Below are positions 51,809 to 64,000 of a DNA stretch of 64,000 nucleotides, piece by piece; position 1 is the first letter of the stretch; each line of letters opens with the position of its first letter. The notes below the pieces were generated by a model. It was not told the origin of the DNA and did no database searches. It saw nothing but the letters and a program-made list of their open reading frames with translations. The translations under genes were made by a program, and so were the position numbers. The stretch comes from Octopus sinensis (taxonomy: Eukaryota), in NCBI RefSeq assembly GCF_006345805.1, contig NC_043009.1, positions 43,710,001-43,774,000 of the forward strand, in the 5' to 3' direction.

Positions 51809-52373
51809 CGAGGGTGAGTCAAAAAGTAATGCCATTTTGTTTAGGACAGGTATAATTACCAACACAGGAACATGTATCATACATCAAAATGAAGCTGGTC
51901 TTCTGTGGATCACATCCCTACTACTCAACATAGTCACCGTTTCTTTCACTAGCAATGTTTCACATTCGAATGAGAGCATGTATCCTGGCCCCATAAAATT
52001 CTGTTGACTTCTTTGAGCCTCTTCTTCACTACTGTTTTCACTTCCTCGTCACTGGAATAATGTCTGCCTCTCAAACCCTCTCCCATGGGGCTGAAGAGAT
52101 GATAGTCCAGTGACGATGATATTCCAGTGACGAGGAAGTGAAAACCTGTAGTCAAGAAGTAGCTCAAAGAACAGTCAACAGAATTTTACGAGGTAGGGAT
52201 ACATGCTCTCATTCGAAGGTGGAACATTACTATTGAGAGAAACGATAACTATGTTGAGAAATAGGGATGTGATCTACAGAAGACCAGCTTCCTTTTGATG
52301 TATGATACATGTTCCTGTGTTGGTAATTATACCTGTCCTAAACAAAATGGTATTACTTTTTGACTCACCCTCG
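51809..52373. mobile_element. Palindromic non-autonomous mariner built from two 3' ends
   Basis: TA TSD at 51807-51808 and 52374-52375; ~250-bp inverted arms 51809-52059 and 52120-52373, each encoding the transposase C-terminus. Confidence 0.9.
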
Positions 52374-53340
52374 TATCAATACCACATCACTATCATCATC
52401 ACAGTCGCCATCACTACCAACATCACATACCATCTAAAGTACCACCACTACTATCCTCCATGACAACGGTCACTAATAACGATACTACCACCATCACAAC
52501 CATCGAATGCTACTGCTGCTGCTGCTGCTACTACTACTACTACTACTACTACTATTACTACTACCACCACCATCAACAAAACACCATACAATTTCCACCA
52601 CTACCATCACCACACCCATTAGAACCCGCCACCCCCAACTAATACCATCATCGCCATCAACACTCCACCACTTCGGCTTCCATCATTGCTACGCCTTCAA
52701 CCAATCATCACTACTCACACCACTACCTTCCTTGACTACTTAAGCTAACACCACCACCACCACCACTATAGCCATTACCATCACAACCAACTAAATTGCC
52801 ACGCTCACCACACTGCCACCATCACCACTAATAACACTACCGTCAACATCACCGCAGCCGCCCTACCTCTACCACTACTATTACTACCAACACTGCACCT
52901 ACCATAGCAACAGCAACTCCAGCATCCACACATCATCTCTATCAACATCAAGGTCCCCACTTCAGTTATGAATGACCATGGGATTGCACCTCGAAAGTTA
53001 CCATCCGAGGCACAAGTTCGGCCATGGTTGTTTATGGAAGACCAGCAGTCACCCACGTACTTGTTGATTACATCGACCCCAGTATTTGACTGGCCCTTAT
53101 TTTATTGACCTCGATAAAACAAGTACTAGTAGAAATTTGTTTTATTGGGATGAAAGGTAAAGTAGACCTCTGCGAAATTTGAACTCACAACTTAAAGACT
53201 GACGAAATGTCGTTAAATATTTTGTCCCGCTCAGTAACAATTCTACCACATCACCACATTCTCCATCACTATCAATAAACAGTGATACGTCACGAACTTT
53301 CAGATCCATTCTGTTTTTTTTTTTTTTATTTATTACATTT

Positions 53341-53690
53341 GTTTACGCGACCCCATTCCTTATTGAAGCCGGCCACCATGGCTTTCCAGTTAGATCGGTG
53401 CGCTATTTCCTGCAGAAGGTAAGTGAGGAACTCAGGCAACTGAATAAAGCTACCAAGGAGATATGCATAGCAGTTGAAACCAGCTCAAGTTGGCTGTGGT
53501 CGATAAGAGAGCGCCAGTGGAAACCTTCCGTAGGTTAGGACTAGTTCAAACGTCGTGTGCCCACACAAGCGAAGCGCACCAGCTAAGAGGCGAAATACTT
53601 ATGACCCCTCGGATACCTGTTGATGACACGGAAAATTTTACAACATTCCGATGGATTCAGAAGCGCTTGTAAAACCTGTGTGAGCAGCTC
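53341..53690 (+). mobile_element. 3' end of a HERO/R2-superfamily non-LTR element
   Basis: Frame not in the ORF track: PFLIEAGHHGFPVRSVRYFLQKV...KATKEICIAVETSSSWLWSIRERQW...* (stop 53536-53538), matching the P-x-EVG-x-RGF...S-x-WLW C-terminus. Confidence 0.8.
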
Positions 53691-53972
53691 CTACAGTTTC
53701 TGTATTAGCTAAAGCATATCCGTTCGTTATTTCGTTCACTTATTCCACCTGTTGAAGGTTTTCGTGTTTCGAAGTTTTTCTTCAGCCGTCCTCTCAAACA
53801 AATATATATCACACTTATATTTATTCTTATATCTTTTGTGTACATCACAATTATGAGGTCATTCGTTTGAACCCACTTCGTGGCATCTTGAGCAATGTTT
53901 CTTCTTACTCTATACACAATCGACTCAACACTTGCCAGTAGAACTGGATTAATGGAAATAGTGACTGGGAAA

Positions 53973-54068
<96 letters not shown>

Positions 54069-55128
54069 GCTCCTATACAGTCTAACGACTGGCCATATGG
54101 AAAATTAAAAATAAGAAATAAGAAAATAAAAAAATAAGAAATTCCCATTATTATTGTCCGTTTGAAAAATAATTTTGTGATGGCTTCAGTGATACTAAAA
54201 ATTCTATAGGCAATTTCTAATGCCTAGTTAGTTTGCACCCACCCTATGTGTGTATATACATACATGCATGTATGTATGTATGTATGTATGTATGTATGTA
54301 TGTATGTATGTATGTACGTATGTATGAAATCAACATATGAGAGCGAAAGAATCTCAGTACAGAAAACACTCATTAGAGCTCAAATGATTTGAATCCCACG
54401 GACACCAAAGAATTCCTAAAGTAAATCCAGTAGCATATGCATTACTGCTGGTGTTAACATCAGATAGCCAATTACACTGGACGGGATTTAAACAGCGGAT
54501 TAAAATGTTCATATCCGAATATAAATATAATTTTAACTGGGTCATCGCCTTGAAGAAATTTTAGGCGATTTAACCCCAGTGCTTTTTTTTTTCTTTTAAG
54601 CCCAGTATTTATTCTCTTGATGCCTGTTGCCGAACCGCTAATGTATGGGCATGTAAACTCTCCAACACTGGTTGTCAAGTCTTGGTGGTTGGACAAACAT
54701 AGACACAAGCACACACGCACACACACACACACACACAACACACACACACATACACACACACACAAAACAACACACATAACACACACACCAACACACACAC
54801 ACCACCACACACACATATATATAGATATATATAATATATATATATATATAATAAGACGGACTTCTTTCAGTTTCCGTCCACCAATCCATTCCCATAGCTT
54901 TGTGATTAGGAAGCAACACACACCACACACACACACACACACACATAGGAATGCATGAATAAATATACATAAGTAAATAACTGTATATATGTGCATATAT
55001 ATATATATATACGTATATATACAAACATGTATGCATAAGATACATACAAACACGTATATACATTACATATATTCATATATACATATATCTATATACATAT
55101 GCGTAGACACACATGCTTATGTGTGCGT

Positions 55129-55189
<61 letters not shown>

Positions 55190-56590
55190 TAATGGTGTGA
55201 GATATTAATTTTTGCGTGGGGGTGTTCTGTAGTACTTAGAAGTGATACGTGTGCAGCATCAGTCGCCGCAGTAGTAATCGTAGTGGCAGCGGTCGCAGCA
55301 GCAGCAACAGCAGAAGCAGCAACAGCATTAGCAGTAGCAGCAGCAGCTATAATTTTTTATTGTTGTTCTTGTTGGTGTTGTTGTCATTCACTTAGATAGC
55401 TTATCTAGGCTTATAAACCACTGTTGTCACCACGTATCCTCGTTGTTCTGAAGTGTCTTCACGAATCTGAACATTTAAGTCTTCTTTCAGCAACATGTAG
55501 CCGACCCCCACCTCTTCCCTCCCCCATTCTGTCTCATCTCGACCGACCTACTTTAGTTTGTTTTCTTTTTTTACGTGTATGTGTATGTATATATATATGT
55601 GTGCATGTGTGTGTGTATGTCTGTAAATATAAATGTTTGTTTGTGCATTTATATATACACACATACATATACATGTATAAGTATATTCATATACATACAT
55701 ATATATATATAGATATATATATATATATATATTATTATATATGTATGTATGTATATATATATATTAATAAACCTACATTTATAGATGTATGTGTGTGTGT
55801 ATGTGTATGTGTTTGCATGTGTGAGTGTATGATATATATTTGTAATTATATTTACATATATATATATATATATATATATAGTTATATATATTTATATTTA
55901 TATATATTTATATACGCACGCCAATAACACACACACACGTGTCTGCGTGATTATGTGTGGGTGCGTTTGTGGGTGCGTTTGTTTGTGTGTTTGTGTGTGT
56001 GTATGTGTGTGTGTATGTGTGTGTATGTGTGTGTGTGTCGGTGTGTTTTAGCGTGCGCGTATGTGTTTGTTTGCACTTTTGTTTACATGCGTATACATGT
56101 AAAAGAGTAAAGAGTAAAGATGTGTGTTTACGTGTGTGTGTGTACATGTGTGATTGTCTGAGAGCGTCTGTCTGTGTGTGTGTGTGTGTGTGTGATTGTG
56201 TGTGTGTGTATAGGAGCGTGTATGTGTTGATTCATGATATTGTCAACGCCATTGATATCGGGAGTTGAAATAGTGCTCGGAGTGCCTTTTGGCATTTGTT
56301 ACTGTTGTCATTGTTGTTGTCAGTGCTGCTGGCGGTGGTGGTGGGGTGGTGGTAGCTGTGGTGGTCGTTGGTGTTCGTAGAGCTGGTGGTAGTGGTGCTG
56401 GAGGGGGTGGTGGTGGTGGTGGTGGTGGTGGCGTTGATCGTGATGATAGTCTTCGATGAAGATGACTAGAGGTTAGGCGCTGTAAAGAAGATAAAGGTCC
56501 TTGAGAATGTAGACAGTAACTCAAACAAAGCTACATCAACAATGATGACAACAACAACGACAACAACAATACTACTACTACTACTACTAC

Positions 56591-56711
<121 letters not shown>

Positions 56712-56934
56712 TGATGATGATAATAATAATATAAAAATAATAATAATAATATAATTAATAATAATAATATAATAATAATAATAATAATAATAATAAGGAT
56801 TTCTTTATTAACCACATGGGTTTACATTAAGAAAAACATTATGGACAGTACGGGACAAAACCTGTATGTGTATGTGTGTGAGTGTGTGTGTGTTTTCTGA
56901 GAAGGTTTTGCGTGTAAATACGACTAACATTATA

Positions 56935-57505
56935 AAAAGAGAAAATGAAGAAGGTGAAGAAGGAGGAGGACGAGAAGAAGAAGAAGAAGAAGAAGAAGGA
57001 AATGAAGAAGAAGAAGAAGAAGAAGAAGAAGAAGAAGAGAAGAAGAAGAAGGAGATGAAGAAGAAGGAGATTAAGAAGAAGGAGAAGAAAAAGAAAAAGA
57101 AAAAGGAGGAGGAGGAGAAAAAGAAGAAGAAGAAGAAGAAGAAGAAGAAGGAGGAGAAAAAGAAGAAGAAGAAGAAGAAGAAGAAGAGAAAGATTGAGAA
57201 GAAGAAGAAGAAGAAGATGATGAAGGAGAAAAAGAAGAAGAAAAAGAAGGAGGAGGAGGAGAAAAAGAAGAAGAAGAAGAAGAAGAAGAAGAAGAAGGAG
57301 GAGGAGGAGGAGGAGGAGAAAAAGAAGAAGAAGAAGAAGAAGGAGGAGGAGGAGGAGGAGAAAAAGAAGAAGAAGAAGAAGAAGAAGAAGGAGGAGGAGG
57401 AGGAGGAGAGGAGGAGAGAAGAAGAAGAAGGAGGAGGAGGAGAAGAAGAAGAAGGAGGAGGAGGAGGAGGAGAGAAGAAGAAGAAGAAGAAGAAGAAGAA
57501 GAATG
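56935..57505 (+). repeat. ~570-bp nearly pure polypurine (GAA/GAG/AAG) tract
   Basis: Visible directly; recurring GAGGAGGAGAAAAAGAAGAAG blocks. Confidence 0.95.
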
Positions 57506-57602
57506 ATGGTTTCAAATTTTGGCACAAGGCCCAGCAGGTTTGCGGAAGGAATTTGCCGCCTTAATAATAATAATTGCGGAGGAACTCTGCCAGCTCACCA
57601 CT

Positions 57603-57647
<45 letters not shown>

Positions 57648-57697
57648 TAATATAATAATATAATAATCCTTTCTACTGGAGGCAACGACTTCAAATT

Positions 57698-57731
<34 letters not shown>

Positions 57732-57737
<6 letters not shown>

Positions 57738-58953
57738 CATCCCATAAGTAATGCTGTTTTTCAAAATTAAGATTAACAAAATTCTTTTTTAATTTAAAAT
57801 ACACTCTCCTTCATTTTCTATAATGCTCTTCGTCCGTGACAAAAAACATTTCTCCAGTATTGTTTTGACCTCATATACATAATTCATTTTTTTTCTGTCC
57901 AAACGATTTTGAAGACTGCGAAATAAATGATAATGAGATGGGTCAATGTCCGACAAATTATGGTGGGTAGGTCATCGTTTCCCGTTCAAAATGCTCTAGC
58001 CTTTGAAATGTCACCCTCGCTGTATGTGGCCGAGCATTATCGTAATGAAAGAACACCTTTCGTCTTGAAATCAAAAATGGTCGTTTTTCTGCTAGCGCTG
58101 ATTTAAGCCGCTCAAGTTGCTCGCATTAGATTTCCTTTATTATCGTTTGGTTTGGGTTTAAAAATTCAAAGGGGACTAAACCTTTCATATCCCACCAAAT
58201 AGATAACCCCTTATGTGGGTGAAGACCTTCTTTAGCCTGGGGTGTCGCTGTTTCTCCTTTCCCTACCCACCGTCTTCGGCACTTGACATTTTTATAGAGA
58301 ACCCATTTCTCATCACCAGGCACTATTCGGTCGCAAAAGGGTTCATTCGTGAGACGTCCCAGCAAAGAAGAGCACATGTTTACTCTCTGCACACAATTAA
58401 ACTAGGAAAGTTTTGTGAGGAACACGTTGACCTAATTTGCTGACTTTTCCGATAGCACACAGGTGTCGATGAATGGTTGAATGATCAAATCCAAGCTTTT
58501 TAGTTAGTTCCTCAGCAGTTACGATGAGATTTTGTTCCACCAGGGTTTGCAGAACTTCCTCGTCGAGCTCTACACATCTTCCAGGACGAGGCTCGTCTTC
58601 TAGGCTGCAGTTTGCGATCCGGAATTTTTAGAACCGCCGTTGACACTGGCTTACACTTATTGTCCGATCCCCATATATTGCATTAATATTCCTCGCACTT
58701 TCCGTTGCGTTGTTGCCTTTATTGAACTCATAAAACAAAATATGCTGAATATGCTCCTTTGTCACTTCCATTATAGCTTTGAAAATAACTGTTAAAATCG
58801 AACTGCACTCTTCAAAATTTGTACTAAGAATAAGTACAAGGTAAAATTACTACCTCCATTTATAGCAAATTGATGCAGGTAGTTTATGCCACCCCTTCCG
58901 ACTTTTAATTCATGCGATCGAAAAAACCGCATTATTTATTAGATGACCCAATA
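57732..58953 (-). mobile_element. Full-length degenerate mariner (~1.22 kb)
   Basis: TIRs GGGTCATCCCATAAGTAATGC / GCATTATTTATTAGATGACCC within TA repeats; GDEKW, YDNARPHTA and SDIDPSHYHLF (DD34D triad, third D lost). Confidence 0.92.
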
Positions 58954-59417
58954 TATATGTGTGCGTGTGCGTGTGTGTGTGTGTATGTGTGTATGTTTCT
59001 GTGTGTTTATGCTTTATGTTTTCCAGTTTCAGCTCTTGAGCTGTGGCCATGCTGGGGCACCGCCATTTGTGTGTACTTTTTTTTATTAAAGGTGCAAAAA
59101 CATCACAAACAAAATCAGTACTCAGCGTTTCCCGCTACGTACCTGCGCTAGTATCAAGTGACAGAAGAGTAAAGAGTAAAAGTAGTTAAAAGAATATGAG
59201 CAGGAAAATAATGTTAACAACTAAAAACCTGTACCTTCATGGAAGTACCGATCAACATCCATATCCTCTGTAAAAAAAGATGAGTTGTGAACATTTTGCT
59301 TCTTCCTATATTCTTCTAACTACTTTTACTCTGTATTCTTCTATTTTATTCCCTATAAACTGCAAATTTTATTCCTTGTAAACTGTAAATTTTCCCCGTC
59401 TAAAATATTCATACCTT

Positions 59418-59493
59418 GTTTCTGATGAGGGAATACTCAGTGCATAGACATGCTAACCTACCACTTGGGTTATCCTAGAAACGGCTGTAAGAC
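59418..59493 (+). ncRNA. Type I hammerhead motif with long helix II
   Basis: GTTT-CTGATGA-GGGAATACTCAGTG...CACTTGGGTTATCCTA-GAAA-C-GGCT-GT-A-AGAC; core intact, 10.1-11.1 pair mismatched; shares GAAACGGCTGTAAGA with 38749-38763. Confidence 0.65.
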
Positions 59494-59645
59494 TTCAAAT
59501 TAAATTATTCGAAATGACTTGTGATACTCTTCCCACACAAACAATCCTATATATGCGACCGGTTTTCTATCTACGAAACTCCACTCACATAGCATTATTG
59601 AACACGAAGCTATAATTTTAGGGAATATATTTTTCTACTATTTAA

Positions 59646-60197
59646 TTAGGTTGTCCGCAAAATTCATGCCGATTGTCTTTCGATTAGCTTATCTTTCGAC
59701 TTATTTTAGAACATGGTTGAGTCCATAAAATATGATTTGACTACACCTCCATTTAGAGCACAGTTTAAGCTATCTTTTCGTGAAAGAAGGTTTATAATCC
59801 TATAACCTGTGTTAATTCTATAACCCTTTCGAACCAGACAAAAATTGCTGCAGCTCGGCTGAGATGTGTTACTCCACCCTCCATAATCACCAGATATTGC
59901 TCCTTCGGATTTCCATTTATTCAGGTCTCTGCAGAATAGTCTCCACTTATTCAGGTCTCTGCAGAATACTATTAGGTAAAAATTTCAGTTCCTTGGATGA
60001 CGTAAAAAGTTACCTTGATGAATTCTTTGCCATGAAACCACCTCAATTCTGGGAAGAGGGTATTTTCAAGTTAAAGGAAAGATGGAGAAGCATTGGGCGG
60101 CAAAATGGTTCATATTTGGTTGATTAAAAATGTAATGGCAAATATTTATTGACCTTTTTCTTTCCTTTAAAAATCGGCAAGAACTTTCCGGACCACT
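59646..60197 (+). mobile_element. Internally deleted mariner (~550 bp)
   Basis: TIRs TTAGGTTGTCCGCAAAATTCATGCCGATT / AATCGGCAAGAACTTTCCGGACC; HPP*SPDIAPSDFHLFRSLQN...FWEEGIFKLKERW...NGSYLVD*. Confidence 0.9.
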
Positions 60198-60330
60198 TCC
60201 AGGAGAAAGAAACATAAAGACGACTTCAGTGAGATTTCGAACTCAACCCAAACGTGGTTTGATCCCGAAACAATATTTCACTTGGAATCGAAAACCAAAA
60301 CAAGTCATAAACATAAATAACCACAAGAAC

Positions 60331-60955
60331 TAACAAAAATCAAAATTAATTGGAACTGTGACGTCATAAAAAATCACCGAAAATCTTGACAAACAATTCG
60401 AAGACTATCAAAACTTATTAACAATAAAATTTCATCAAAAAAAATCATTTAAATAATATAAATAAATAAAAATGAAGAAAAAATGAGGAAAATAAGAAAA
60501 ATTTCTAAAAGCATCAGAAAAAAAAAAATTTTTTCAAGAATTATCAAAAATCGCAAATTATCAAACATCATGAAACATTATGAAAATACAGATGAGAGGA
60601 AACCGAAGTTCTTAGTTCTTCAGGAAAGAAAAATTCTTGTAGCAATTGTTAAAACGGCTTAGAACTGCTGGAAACAAGAATATTTTCAGAATTACTATTA
60701 GATGGTTGAATGCTGCTCTTTGATAATATGCTATTTTGTATTGCTTTGTTTATTTTTTTCTTTTTGAAATTTTAAAATGATTTTTACAATTTTCATAATC
60801 TTCGTTGATTTTCTTAATTTAATTTATTTTTGTTAAATTCTTAAATGATATTTTTTGTTGAATTTTTATTTTTGATAAAAAATTTCGATTGTTTTCGAAG
60901 AGTTCGGCTAATTTTTCATGACGTCATAATTTATATTTAATTTTGATTTTTGTTG
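60331..60955. repeat. Diverged long inverted repeat (foldback-like)
   Basis: A-rich left arm and T-rich right arm align as reverse complements over about 170 bp or more, anchored by AACAAAAATCAAAATTAA and TGACGTCA at 60359 and 60919. Confidence 0.7.
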
Positions 60956-61315
60956 ATTTTTTATATTTTCATTATTTTCCAATAATTTTTCAAAAAAATT
61001 TTTCGGTTTCCATGGCTTCTACTTTAAATGTTCTTTGATGATTTTTCTTTTTTTTTTTATGAGTTTTAAAAAATATTTAGACATGTAATGGACACGAAAA
61101 ATATTGAAAGAGAATCTACAAATTCTGACCAAGTTTGCTAAAGTGTGAAAAAAATTGGCATTTCTTGAAACAAGAATTTTCTGATAATCAATCCAAAACT
61201 CTGAGTAACTTGAAGAAAACTAATCACTGTACTATTCGATCTAAATTTGTCATATTTCTGCATGTTCATAATTTTTTGTGGATTTTTAGTAATAGTAGTA
61301 GTAGTAGTAGTAGTA

Positions 61316-61361
<46 letters not shown>

Positions 61362-61369
61362 TGTAGCGG

Positions 61370-61580
61370 TCCTTTCTACTACAGGTACAAAGCCTGAAAT
61401 TTTGGAGGCAAGGGCTTGTCGATTACCCCAGTACTCGACTGGCATTTATTTTATAGACCCTGCAAAGATGAAAGGCAATGTCGACCTTGACGGAATTTGA
61501 ATTCCGAACGTAAAGGCGGAAGAAATACTGCTAAAGTATTTTGTCAGGCGAGCTAACGGTTCAGCCAGCCCACCGCTTTA
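61370..61580 (-). mobile_element. Family B SINE
   Basis: Reverse complement of the 16078 unit; abuts (AGT)n. Confidence 0.85.
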
Positions 61581-61708
61581 AAATATAAAATAATGATAAT
61601 AATAGCAATAATAATAATAATAATAATAATATAATATAATAATATAATAATAATAATAATAATAATAATATAATGATAATGATAATAATAATAATAATGA
61701 TAATGATA

Positions 61709-61739
<31 letters not shown>

Positions 61740-62324
61740 TATAATAATACTAATATAATGATGAGATATGATGATGATGATGATGATGGGATGATGATGG
61801 TGATGGTGATGATGATGATGACGATGATGATGATGAGGATGAGGACGATGAGGATGATGAGGATGATAATGATAATGATGATGCTGTTTATTTCAAAAAT
61901 TGCTTCAAATTCATTTGATTTATTGTTTTTGCGCAGTATTATACACACATAAACATATACCTGCACGCGCACATAGATAGATATATTTACAAATATTTAT
62001 ATGCATATGTGTATATCTACGAATGCATGTGCGTATAAATGCACATATAAGTATGGCTATTATACACAGACATGCATTCATATGCATACTCAAAACACAG
62101 ACATACACACATGTGTCTGTATATGAGTGTGCGCGTGTCTGTAAGGGGAGAGAGAGAGAGAATAGAAGAAAAGAGAGAAACAGAGAAGAAACATAGAGGT
62201 AGAGGGAGAAAAGGAGAGAGGAAGAAAGGGAGAGACAGAGAGAGAATTAGACAGACATACATAAAGACATTTAGAGACGTTACACTGAAATATGCATCAG
62301 TTATTGGTCGAAGTGGACGATATC

Positions 62325-62367
<43 letters not shown>

Positions 62368-62399
62368 CGTGCGTGCGTGTGTGTGCGTCTGTGTGTATG

Positions 62400-62800
62400 T
62401 GTATTCCTTTATTGGTTTCATTGTTTCACTCATTTGACTGTGGCCATGCTGCAGCACCATATTGAAGTGTTTTAAAATCGACCCCAGGACATTTTTTTTA
62501 AAGCATGGTACTTATTCTTTCGGTCTCTTTTGCCGAAAAGCTAGATTACAGGAACATGAACACACCAATACCGGTTGCCAACACAGTCTTGAAGACATAC
62601 ATAGTTATATACATATATATATATATATATATGTGTGTATACGACGAGCTTCTTTCAGTTTCCGTTTTCCAAATTCACTCACAAGGTTTTGGTTGACCTG
62701 AGACTACAGTACAAGACACTTGCCTAAAGTGCCACGCAGTGGGACTGAACCCGAAATCAGGTGTTTGGAAGCAAGCTTGTTATCACAGCCTTGCTTGCGC
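62400..62800 (-). mobile_element. Family A SINE, diverged
   Basis: Tail, body, internal (TA)n and head are all recognisable. Confidence 0.85.
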
Positions 62801-62939
62801 CTATGCATATATATACATAAATAAATATAAATAAGAAACAGAAATTAGAAGTCTCAGTAAATAGCATAGGAGAGAGAGGGGGAGTGAGAGAGAGAGGGGA
62901 GAGTGAGAAATAGAGAGAGAAGAAGAGAGAGGTGCAGAG

Positions 62940-62944
62940 AACGA

Positions 62945-63040
<96 letters not shown>

Positions 63041-63125
63041 AGAAAGAAAGAAAGAAATAAGAAAGAAAGAAAGAAAGAAAGAAATAAGAAAGAAAGAAAG
63101 AAACAAAGAAACAAAGAAAGAAATA
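62940..63125 (+). repeat. (GAAA)n microsatellite
   Basis: Visible directly. Confidence 0.95.
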
Positions 63126-63545
63126 GAGGGAGAAGCAAAGAGAGGAAAACAGACAGAAACAGGCATGTCTTCGAGATAAAAATCGGTAGATGCTTGATCT
63201 GACAAGGTATCACAATTTAGTATGACACCCATAAATATTAGGGGCCGCCAGATGGTACTTTACTGTCCTTGGTTTTAACAGATTCATCTATAGAGATGAG
63301 ACCCACCGCCGTATATATATATCATATCACCAGTGCAGCTATTTGAACCCCGCGGCGCTTACATAGCGCAGATTCTAGATAAATGAAAGAATGCGTTAAA
63401 ATAACTGACCATTTCTCTGCGACTATCGAAAACATGTTTGTCTTGCTAACGAGTAACGTTTCCACGTATTGAATGTCTTACGATGCAGCTTTTGACTCCA
63501 TGGGTGGTAAACACCGTTATATGTGCTTGTGCACACATACACACA

Positions 63546-63576
<31 letters not shown>

Positions 63577-63637
63577 CATCACACATATACAACACACACG
63601 CACATTCACAGATACACACACATACACACATACAAGC

Positions 63638-63698
<61 letters not shown>

Positions 63699-63705
63699 CA
63701 AGCAT

Positions 63706-63748
<43 letters not shown>

Positions 63749-64000
63749 GCACACAGACATATACATAGTACAAACATGCATATACGTGTACATACATACG
63801 TACATAAAGATATACGTATATATAAACATATATACTTGCTTCTACGTACACACCAATACACATACGTATACCCAAATGCACACACGCACTCACAAACACT
63901 TATACATACGTGTGTATAAATGTGTGTGTGTATGTGTGTGTGTGTGAGTATGTATGTATTCATGTATGCATGCTTGTATGCAACACACATTCTATTGAGT

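Noticed and set aside
56808-57564. 232-aa K/E-rich ORF and its antisense F/S/L-rich ORFs
   Set aside because: Translation of a GAA/GAG/AAG simple repeat; no complex sequence or splice context.

Overview
Eukaryotic, AT-rich, microsatellite-saturated DNA with no host protein-coding gene that I can support. It is probably intergenic or deep intronic. The SINE families look like those I recall from octopus (coleoid cephalopod) assemblies; this is recognition, not a database result. Nearly all ORF-track entries are frames through (TA)n/(CA)n/(TATC)n/(AAT)n tracts. The real content is a layered set of decayed mobile elements: three tRNA-derived SINE groups; CR1/L2-group, RTE, R4/Dong-like and HERO-like non-LTR fragments; Penelope-like (PLE) RT and GIY-YIG fragments; mariner elements and MITEs; and hAT-type MITEs. 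There is also a ~1.3 kb tandem duplication and a 100-N gap. Best second-look items: (1) six or seven minimal type I hammerhead ribozyme motifs, several next to PLE-derived sequence, including a head-to-head pair and a recurrent CCGANGA core variant; (2) an isolated 91-nt hairpin with pri-miRNA geometry at 30779-30869; (3) a SINE/LINE shared 3' tail whose stem-loop shows compensatory changes; (4) elements that sit in (TAA)n tracts; (5) a palindromic mariner made of two 3' ends; (6) interleaved inverted duplications at an RTE end.
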